DNA of 43,771 nt from Ancylonema sp. (Eukaryota): positions 62,001 through 105,771 of the forward strand of contig JBFLGF010000023.1 of NCBI GenBank assembly GCA_050230475.1. The letters are read 5' to 3'. Shown here one piece after another: positions 33,915 through 43,771 of this stretch. Numbering within the stretch: position 1 is the first letter of the stretch; every line of letters begins with the position of its first letter. A program made the translations under genes and the position numbers. Under the pieces are notes generated by a model. That model worked only from the letters and a program-made list of their open reading frames with translations. It ran no database searches and was not told the origin of the DNA.

Positions 33915-35130
33915 GATCCACAATAAATACCAAATACCGCCTTGAAGGACGTGTCTTATGTGTCAATCACCAGCTAAAACTTAGCCTTAGATATTTCGTT
34001 GTATGATGCAGGTTTAAAGTTCTTGTTGTCTAGCCGGCTATTGCCAATAACCCTCGACATATAAGCCCTCGATATAGTAAGAGTCTCGTTGCTGCACTTC
34101 GAAATTTTGTTCCGCTCTATTTTAATACAAAATCACCCTTGATAATTTATAGTAACGTGACTTATAATAATCCTGTAAGCCACGATTTAATTATCGGAAG
34201 GTTTTCACACTAGGAGGTCACTCTAATTGACATCTTAATTTTTTCTGCAAATGAAAATAATTACGATTGAAATCGAAATCATGTAACGATTCAACCGGAC
34301 TAGGCCCAATTAACACAATATATCCTCAGAAACATACGAAGTCGATTTCTTACTTTTCTCCTCGTTCTAATTCACGTGTTCCTGTGTGACATGTGTCACA
34401 CCAATCCGAGACCTGTATGTAGCGACACCTGTCCACTTGGGACGGTGTGGGATAAGATAGGACAAAATAAACAAACGTAATAGAAAAAAAAACAAGTAAT
34501 CACCGTTAATTGCCCTTCACATTTCCCCACCCAGAATTGGCTCCGCGCTTGCTGGCAAAAATGAAATCATGTTTAGATGATGACTGATGATCATCGGAGT
34601 CAAACAACAATTCAGACAGAATAAAAGACGACACAAGTGTGCATCATCATGGCGCAAGTCATCGTCCGAACGAATGCAAAATAAAGACCAAAGGCAACCC
34701 ACCGTAACAAAGGGTTGACACTTGGATGATTAGATATACCTAAAATCAGTGCCTACACCATCAACATAAAATGTATTTTAGATGTGTGTACACCTCAAAG
34801 CACCGCTTACACAATTTACAAACTTATAAACAAGACTTTTGGAGTGCCTGGCAATCATGTTACACTTTTGATAACTTAGTGGCAGTAATATAATCGATAA
34901 ACAATGCATGAATTAACCAAAAAGAAAGTAGCAACGTTAAGGTGTGTTCTTATCTACAACATGAGTGATTCTCGCTACTCGCTACAACAACCTAAAAACT
35001 CAATCCCACAAAATTTGGCTACCAATATCGGTACAAATGTACATTAGACACACTGCGAGTAACTCGAGTTATAATGGCATCGCATCGGACCCCGGGCCCT
35101 TTAACACAACATTTGGTGTCACTGTGGAAC

Positions 35131-37488
35131 TCAACGATATCGAGGGCCCTCTTGTTTGTCATGCCACGGAGGTTTGCAAAACGTGTCATTCCAGAAATGA
35201 GGGAACGCTGAGTCATGGCCGGTAGCCCCCAGTACGGCTGAATCCCACGCGACCTAGAAGACACCCAAAAGAAAACTTCAACTCTTTCCGGCCATTTAGT
35301 AGCACGCATTATTGTCGGACCAAAGTTATGTAAAAATATATTTCTTGTGAAAAAGGAAAACATTGTACCACAAACGCAAATGCGGAGTCATTATGGGCCA
35401 CCTCTCCCGAGTTCTCTCCTTACATGCACGTTCACATTAAAAAAGAACAAACACACGGCTCTCAAACCATGAGCCTGCCCATTAAAAACAAAAAAACACA
35501 CTCATGTTCTATTTCTACAGCTTGATTCTACATTCCTTGACATGATGCAATGAGTCACAAGCAGAAGGATCGGTGTAATGGCATGAACAAGGCAGGAGAA
35601 GTTACCCTCCAATTGTTGGGAGTCCACATTAGCTTCAATGCCAGGTCTAGTTCGAGATTAAGTTTTTCAGAACGCTCTGCATGTGCTGCTTTCAGAATGG
35701 CACGCTCTTTGCCTGCACCCCCATATAAATACAGTATCGTCCCTATCTCGATATTTCGAGGTGCGAATACCACCTTTCCACCGAGGAGCAGGGAGCCTGA
35801 ATGAGGAAAAGTAGCAAAATCTGACGTAGACGAAGACTTTACAGACTCTACATACATTTGTGTAGACACACATTTGCTTCCGACTTTCGGCGATTCCAAC
35901 TTCTGAATACGAACCCGGTTTGGCAACTCTACACATACCCATGCACTACCATCCCTCGCAACCATTGAGCACAAAAATGTTATGGAGATGAATGGAGATT
36001 GATTGGAAAGTAAACCATACAAAGAAATCTTACTTAAATAATGAGGGCTCAAGCCTGTTGTTTCGACAAGTCGCCGGACACAAGTCGGCAAACCCAAATT
36101 ATCCGGTTAGTACTTGGACACAAGTATGGAATCACAAGAACAAACAAGTAAAAAACTTAGAAGTTTCCCATGAAATGCTAGCATGGATGTTTCGGAAACA
36201 TCAACCAGTCTGTAAATCAACAGACACACACTCAAGATTGCAAAACTTAGGTCAATACCGTGAATCTTTTGCGCAGCTTGTAAGTAGCGATACAGAAATC
36301 GTGGTTCGAAGGTGAGACGATTTTCCAGCGTGATTGCAAGATGAAGCATCTCCCTCATGGACATCGAATACAATTCGAGTGGGGAAAAAAGTGGTTCGAG
36401 CACACTCATGATCTCGGGTACACGCTTTACAGGGACCACTGCTTCCAAGTAACGAGCAACGTATGCAAAGAACACACACTTGCGTAGGTCGTTGATGAAG
36501 ATTGAAAGACATACCCTATGCACACACATACACATACATATACACATACACATACACATACCCTATGCACACACATACATATACACATACCCTATGCACA
36601 CACATACACACATATGTGTGAGTGTTATAGCAACCCAGCACGAATAGAAAAACGCAATGTTTTCACACCAAGCACCATTGAAGTGGCCAACGGTATCTCC
36701 ATACCTGTGGGCCCACAGGTTGGCGTGTGGGAATCCTGAGTGGTTTTTTTTTGTGTTTGCGTAATGATGTAGGCCCACATCAGATTGACGTCTGACTACA
36801 AGCACAATCAACATAATCATAACATAACATAACGTAATCTCTGCCATCAACCAGCTGGGGACGACCTGAAGGTGCAACAATCCGGTCATTGGGGACAGAT
36901 GTGAGCAGAAGTATTGCACTGAGCGCTAATTCCAGGTGTCTCTTGTGATCAGCAACCATCGTAGTCAGATAAAGTGATTAGTCCGCTGGTTTTTAAATCA
37001 GCATGCGAATAGAGCGTAAGACAGAAACATGATTCAAAGATTTCTTGGCCACACACTCTTGGCCGGTGAGGCCATTTAGGCGCATCGTCGAAAATCAACA
37101 GAAATGTCCAGTTTCAGCAGGTTCTGTATAAAGAGAGGAGACAAGAGAGGATGAGGGTGCGAAAAATAGTATTTAGTTCTAGCTTTGGCGACGACATCCC
37201 AGGCGTGAAGCCCCGCAGACTTAGAAGAAGACCATCCTTCGCCACTTCCCGCTCAAAATACTCCGCATCTGAGGGAGGCACGCATAAAAACACTTCAACG
37301 GTGTACTGGTCAAACTGACGGCGAATACTCTCAAGGAGACACGCGTCATCTTGCACAAAGGGCGCAAAGAACAACTCCAATTCCATTTATTGTTGTCTCG
37401 AGAGGTGGTCCATCCTAGCCTTCCCTGATTCAAGCTCCTCCCGCTCTTCCAGTGCAGATGATATGCATTCTGTAAACGGGCTAGACAT
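35131..37488 (-). pseudogene. Unknown gene family, copy 3 (inverted; stops and frameshifts)
   Basis: MSSPFTE...MDHLSRQQ*MELELFFAPFVQDDACLLES...; IFINDLRKCVFFAYVARYLEAVVP...RLTFEPRFLYRYLQAA; TGHDSAFPHFWNDTFCKPPWHDKQEGPRYR*. Confidence 0.65.
36518..36615. repeat. (CACATA)n-type microsatellite expansion in copy 3
   Basis: Direct reading. The matching position in copy 1 (~29318-29345) has only a short tgtgtg...catagggtatg stretch. Confidence 0.85.
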
Positions 37489-37570
37489 GCCGTTCACCGG
37501 GCAACACGCAAGTCGGTCTGCCTCCTAACCTCACCTCACCTCACCTGTTTCTCACCTCACCTGTCAGCTC

Positions 37571-37893
37571 GAAGGTGCGGGAAGCCCACCATAGCTCTGG
37601 GCTCCGAGCTCCACAGCTCGCAGCCCGGAGCCCAGAAGGGGGAGCCCAAAATGAGCTCAGATCCCAAATGAGCCCAAGTGAAACCTTGGTCGTTCCGATT
37701 TGGGCTCAGGTGAGCCCACAAGAGTCCATAGGAGCCCAAACGAGGCCAGAATTTTTGGGCTCCAAGATCCAGGCGATTCGGGCTCCGGGCTGGACTCGGA
37801 GGCTGGGCTTTATTCACCCTTTGGGCTCCGGGCTCAATGAGATTGGAGCCCATGGGCTAAGGGCTCATTGAGCTGCGGGCTCCCCGCACCTTA
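37571..37893. mobile_element. MITE with GAGCCC/GGGCTC internal repeats
   Basis: TIR aaggtgcgggaagccc / gggctccccgcacctt; GAGCCC-rich left half and GGGCTC-rich right half; no TSD seen. Confidence 0.65.
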
Positions 37894-38577
37894 CTAGGGT
37901 GGGCACAATCCACCGAATTCCCATCGGCTGCCGTAACCGTTTCAACCGCCACTCGACCGTCCAGCAGCCATCCAACCGCCCAGCCGCCACCCAATCATCC
38001 TACAACCACAATTATACGGCGGCTAGACGAGTTGGACGGCGGTCGGAAAAAGAACTGCATTCATTTCGTGGCGTTTCTTAAAATGTAATTAAACAATGAT
38101 TATATAAGCGGTGGGTACGCATTGATCGTATGAGTCTTGTACGCACTTGGTTTTCCACGATTTTGAATGGTGTGTTAAGCTCATACGTTTTTCGAGTTTT
38201 AGTGATGTTCAAATTTAATATATTGTTCATTTTGAACCCCAGTGGATGGGTGGTGGTCTTGTAGACGTTTATATATTATATATAATATAAAAAGTTGAAG
38301 GTATAATGAATAAGTGATTGAAACTCCGATGACCGTGAAAAGTACCTTAGCGAACACAATTCTTTTTTACCAAAACATTTCGGTACATGACCCTGATAAA
38401 TTACAAGACAATGAAAGTGTACAAGTTTGCGTTCGTTCCTGAAATGTTTGTTTTTCATGGCGTTATGATGGTTCGCTCTTAAAGATTGCAGTGATGGCAC
38501 GATCAAGTAGCATGACGTTCAAAAACGTTCATTGTTTTTGCTCTAATAATAAAATAAATGGATTCGTTTCAACAATA

Positions 38578-38753
38578 CATTGAAACCTGTCCTAATCAAT
38601 ATCGTGCTAATCAATACCCTGTCCTAACTAATGGTAAATTTTCCGCCTATTTTGTGGTTATCACTCGGAAACTGACGTGTTAATCAATGTCCTGTCTTAA
38701 TTAATATATATTTTTTCCGGTCCCGACAATATTAATTAAGACACGTTTTACTG
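38578..38753. mobile_element. pogo-like MITE
   Basis: ta|cattgaaacctgtcctaatcaata ... tattaattaagacacgttttactg. Confidence 0.6.
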
Positions 38754-38864
38754 CAATGGGAAGGTATGGACCGCAACACGGGCATAGCTCGCTATTAGTT
38801 TTTTTCTTCTTTGAAATAAAAAATCATAAGAAGAAAAATGAAAAATACCAGCTTACCCTACAAA

Positions 38865-39020
38865 TCCTTTCGCGCCTCCTTTCTCGCCTTATTTCTCCTT
38901 TCTCCTTTCCTTTCCCCTTTCTCCTTTCTCGCCTCTTTCTTTTTTCTTGCCTTTCTCATCTCTCCTTTCTTGCCTTTCTCATTTCTCCTTTCTTGCCTTT
39001 CACCTTTCTCCTTTCTCGTC
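38865..39020. repeat. Pyrimidine-rich degenerate tandem repeat (cctttctc / ttcttgcc)
   Basis: Direct reading. Confidence 0.8.
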
Positions 39021-39898
39021 TGCAAACTCTCGCAGTCATTCAAGATCACCCTCCTCGTTATACCGTTTTCAACCACACATATTTGGATTCACCACCATGG
39101 GTTCACGGAATCTATGGCCACGAACATTTTTACAAAGCGATTGGTTGAAGGTCAAATGTTTGCATTGTCATACCTACATCACTACCCTAATAATGGCTCA
39201 CGTCGTCCTTGTCGTACCTATATCGATCGTGTACGGCTACACGTGCAAGCACTACACCGTATAGACACACCGTACACATCGTGACTATAACAAGGTCCAC
39301 TCGACCGTACAAGCTATCACATAGCAAGGCCATCTCCCTAGGCACACCCCGTACTCGCGTAACCACGCCTAGACGGCATGCAGTTACCGAGCACCGCTCC
39401 CCATCACCGCGCCTAGACGGCATGCGGTGCCGCAACTTGCGCGATCACAACGCACTTCAAATTAATGCTCACTCCCCCCCCCAAGACGGGGAAAAACTCC
39501 CGCGACCCCGGCTTGGTAAATCACCGAGAATTTTTTTGCTTGATCTGCACTTCCCATCATTGCCAAACACCGTTTGCACAATGATTAGAACACCTACTCC
39601 TCCAAGAAGATGGTGGGTTTGGGGTAGCTAGCCCCTCACCCCATACTTATCTAGAGGAGTTGGTCAAATCACCCACACACCCAAACAAGTTCCCGCAAGT
39701 TTAGTGTGTTACCACCAAAGGATTCACTTGGTTTCTAGGCCTCAAACTTGATTGAGCCTCTGCGCCACATGCGCCAACGTCCTCTCACTTCTCAATGTTT
39801 TTATTGACTTAGTGAATTGAGGTTATGTTAGTGTCACACTTCTCATAGAAGTTGACCAATCACACTTCCTGCATAAAGGTTGATTATTGCCACTTATA

Positions 39899-40073
39899 GA
39901 GGTCTTCAATGCCTCTGGCAAAGGCAATAGCCAATCCATTGCATAACTGCCTCTCATGGAGGTCTTTAATGCCTCCGGCATTGGCACATGCCAATCCATT
40001 GCATTTTCCCCTCATAGAGGTCTTCGTGCCCTCTTAGATTCCTCCGGCAAAGGCAGCAGCCAATCCATTGCAT
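39899..40073. repeat. ~60-bp tandem repeat, 3 copies, downstream of gypsy pol
   Basis: gaggtctt...cct(c/t)ggca..ggca...gccaatccattgcat repeated three times. Confidence 0.8.
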
Positions 40074-40249
40074 ATCTGTGATATGGAGCACCATTATCAC
40101 CATTTCCCTCTCATGCAATGTGTCCGGTGTTTCATTGCATGGTTCCGATGTGGGGTTTTATGCCCTTTCATTGCATGAAAGAGCATAAAACCGTTACATT
40201 ACATTACATTACACTGCATGGTTCCGGTCTAGAGTATTTAATGACTACT

Positions 40250-43200
40250 TCACTTTGAAGTAAGTAGCTCACCTAGTGTCGAGGACAAGTCCAGCTTCCC
40301 TCCGGCACTCCTACCAGGGGTGGTGTCGGACACCACGTGTGATACCCTTGGTTGCACTTCTCGCACAGCACCATCCGCTTTGGGTAGGACCGCAACCCAC
40401 AAACCCGGCAATGTGCTGTCTCCCCGCGATTATACAACTCCGGGTAGGCGAGTAGCCCTGCGACTTCTGCTTGGACAGCCTGTAGCCCATAGCCACGTAA
40501 GGCAATTGTTCATCCCACTGCTCCCCACCTCTCTCAAGCAAGCACTTCCTCAGTGCTTTTTTCATTGTTTGCACCATCCTCTCCGCCAGCCCATCTGACC
40601 GTGGGTGGTCTCTGGCTGCAGTCCTGTGAGTAATCTCATGGCGGGCCAGGAGTGTCTCAAACTCTCCTCGAAACTCACTACCCTGATTTGTGATCATCTC
40701 CCCTGGTGCGCCATACCGGGACAAGATTTGAGACTTGAACTCGTATGCCACCTCTGCGGCCTTCTTGGAGGTTGTTGGGATGAGTTCCACCCACTTGGTG
40801 AAATGCTCTATGCACACCAGCACATATCTGTTTCCCCTCCCCATCTCCTCCATTGGCCCCACAAAGTCAACCCCTCACCTATACATAGGTCCCTTGATGG
40901 GAAGCGGCTGAAGGTTCTTCCCAGACTCTCTGAAAGCAGCTTTGCCCCGAGCGCAATTCATACACTCCTTTACCACTTTCGCCACCATCTCCATCATGCC
41001 TCTCCACCAGTAGGTCTTCCCCAGCACGTCTGCTACTCTCATGACCCCAAAGTGCCTCATCTCCTGATGCACTTTCTTCACCAACCCCTCCCGCTCCGGT
41101 GGTCTTATCACTAGCATCCTCCCTTTCTCTCCCACCTTGTACAGGTTGGTTCCCAGCCACCTGTACTTGGTCCCCCTCCGGTACACCCGATCTCTCTCCA
41201 GAACATCCCACTCCTCAATGTGCTTACCAGCTTGCAGGTACTCCAGCAAATGCTTGTCAGCCCACACCTCTCCCGATGCTGCCTCAGTGGTCTCATCCAC
41301 TTTCTCATGTTGTTCCCCCACTCCTAGTGCCATCATGGCCAAGAGAGTCTCGGGACGGAAAGTGATGTCGCCCCGCTCCCAGTCGGGTACCTCAGGTCCT
41401 CCCATGGAATCCATGGGAAACCCGGAAAGGCAATCTGCGTTGCCGTTCTTTGCACCTGCCCTGTGCTCCACCTTGAAGTCGAACTCTTGCGGCAGCAAAG
41501 TCCACCTCACCAATTTCCCAGACAACTTCTCTGTCGATAGGATCCACTTGATTGGCTCATGGTCGGTCATTAGTGTGCACTCGTTTCCGATCAGGTATTG
41601 CCTGAAATGTGAAGTCGCCCACACTGCAGCCAAGCACCACCCATCAAAACTAGAACTCAGCTGGGTTGCAACTCCTGCTGGCATAAGCCACAGCATAGTC
41701 CAGCCCCCGCTCGTTCTTCTGCCCCAGGACTGCCCCCATCCCCTTCTCACTCCAGTCACTAGCAAGGTAGAAAGGCTTGCTCCCATCTAGTCGCCTCAGC
41801 ACCCCAGCCGAACACAGCGCCTCCTTCAGTTTCAAGAATGCCTCTTTCTGTTCCCCCCCCCACTCCCATACCTCTCCTTTCCGCAATAGCTTGTTGTGTG
41901 GGAAGGCAATGGTGCTGAAGTGCGGTACAAATTTGTGATAGTAGCTGAATAGCCCCAACGCCCCCCTTAAGGATGGCAAGTCAATAGGCGTTGACAGGTC
42001 CCTGACTGCCTTCACCTTCTCCTCCCGTGGCTGCACCCCTGCCGCAGTGATCCTGTGCCCCAGGAAGTCGATGCTCTCCACAACAAATAGACACTTCCCT
42101 GGGTGCACCTTCAATCCCGCTACTTTGAGTCGTCTGAAGACCTCTTAAAGGTGCAGATGCTCCTCCAGCGTGCTGCTCTACACGATGATGTCATCGATGT
42201 AACACCTCGCATATGTCAGCCCCCCCAGAATGTAATCCATCTGGCGCTGAAAGTATAGCGGCGCGTTCTTCAGTCCGAAAGACACCACGCACTACTCCCA
42301 CAGCATCCGCCTGGCTCCCCAAAACGCTGTCTTGGCACGGTTCTCCTCCAGTAGTGGCATCTGATGGTACCCCGACCTCAGATCCAGCTTGCTAAAGATC
42401 TTGGCCCCCTTCATGTCATCGAATATATCCTCTATCAATGGCAGTGGGTACTTGTCGAGCGGCGTCAGCGCATTGATCGGCCGGTAATCTCCACACTTTC
42501 TAAAGTTAGTGTAGTTCCCCTCATCGTCCTTCTTCTTCACCACCACATTAGCCGAAGCATACTTGGTCTGGACTGATTTCCAGATGAACTTTAGCTTCTC
42601 CAGCTTCTCGCACTGCTTCTCCACAAACTCCCACTCATTTTTCCCGAGTTTGTGCGGCGGCCTGTAAACTCTCCCCTTTGACACCACCCCGATGCTCATT
42701 GGCTCTCCCTTGAAGTGCTCCATATCCTCCATGCTGTAAGCAAAGCGATCATTGTTCTCCCTCAGCAGCTCCAACACCAACAGCTGGTCCGTCTCCTTTA
42801 ACCCCCCCCAACCTTGATTTCCTTTAAATTCTCAGAAAAATCAGGTTTTGGGTTTAAGGTCCCACCCTTAGTGCTCACTCCTACCCCTGAGTGCTGTCTA
42901 CCTTTTCCTTTCAATTCCCCTTGTAATTTTAATTTTAATTTTTTATTTTAAATAATTTTCTGAAGTTTCCAGTGGGATCCCAACCGCCCCACCCCCAACC
43001 TCCCCCGACCGCTGCCTCTCCCCCAGAGCAGCCATCTGCAGGTCTGCAAGCCTCATTTCTGATCCAAATCTAGAGTGCAATGGTGCTATGGATAGCTCTT
43101 GCCCCCCTCTATGTTGTGTCAAATCCATGACCACCCCCCCCCCCCAAAACCCTTGTCTGCAAATCCAAATCTTGGATTTTTGATCTGGCCAAATCCTTTT

Positions 43201-43771
43201 CTACACTCAGAGTAGTAAAAAGAGCTTGAAATCTTTGATATCGAGTTGCTGAGTACATGGAATAGCTTGTTGGAAAGCACTACCCTATCCTCATTATCAA
43301 CTTGAAAACCTGCTGCTGGTTCCAAAACCCTAGGGTTTAACAACTCTTTATCTGAATTCTGGACAGAATTTTGGCCTTTTTGGCTGCTTGAGCTACCTAT
43401 CTCTCCTAGGCTGTTGAGTTGTCCAAATTCTGATCTGCTTAGTAATACTGACTCCTTAGCTTCTTCCCTACCAGATCCCAAAATTACAGATTTTTTTGGC
43501 TAGAGGTACAAAATCGCCCTATCAGCTTCCCCCTCAGCTATTTTTCTGTCGGGAAGGCCAGCTAACAATGGTAATTGTTGTCCCGAGCTGCTCCTTTTGA
43601 TTCTGGCTGCACCCAGTTGCTTTCCTGTTTTGTCTTCATGCCCTCTAACTTTTCCCAAAGTTTCAGCTTCAGCATCGAAGTCTAGCAGTGCCTGCACCAC
43701 TTTTTGTGCCTCTGCCATCTCCCCTCCCCCTATGAGACCAGCATACATTCCGTATGTTGGAGGGCTAGCCT
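40250..43771 (-). mobile_element. Ty3/gypsy retrotransposon pol (RT-RNase H-integrase), decayed; 5' part runs out of the window
   Basis: RT DYRPIN...YPLPLIED...FSKLDLRSGYHQ and YIDD (42201-42190, followed by stops); RNase H ASDWS...GAVLGQ and TDHEPIKW; integrase VHQEMRHFG...C..C, VCIEHFTKWVE, HPRSDGLAERMVQT. Sequence beyond ~42800 is an unassigned linker. Confidence 0.93.

Noticed and set aside
36518..36739. His/Thr-repeat ORF
   Set aside because: Product of the CACATA microsatellite.
38756..39284. Phe/Leu/Ser-rich membrane-like ORFs
   Set aside because: They derive from a pyrimidine-rich simple repeat; no recognisable domain.
41137..41790. 217-aa plus-strand ORF
   Set aside because: Antisense shadow of gypsy pol.

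Overview
Eukaryotic, intron-rich, transposon-dense nuclear DNA, most likely from a streptophyte alga or early-diverging plant (inferred from plant-type TMEM208, ENY2 and plastid UPF0426 orthologues plus an Osser-like copia primer site). I reconstructed four spliced host genes by hand: TMEM208/SND2 (minus, 3 exons, runs off the window), a plastid UPF0426-family gene (plus, with an in-frame TGA), ENY2/SUS1 (minus, 5 exons), and an 8-exon, ~579-aa gene that joins a bacterial-looking uncharacterised domain, a hydrophobic segment and a C-terminal J-domain. The rest contains a complete but decayed Ty1/copia element (TG...TA LTRs, TTATC TSD, half-tRNA-type PBS), a decayed Ty3/gypsy pol and many nested hAT-type and Tc1/mariner-type MITEs, several inserted into one another's terminal repeats. 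There are also three diverged copies (two direct, one inverted) of an unrecognised, apparently spliced, pseudogenised gene. Family calls come from recalled motif similarity; no searches were run.
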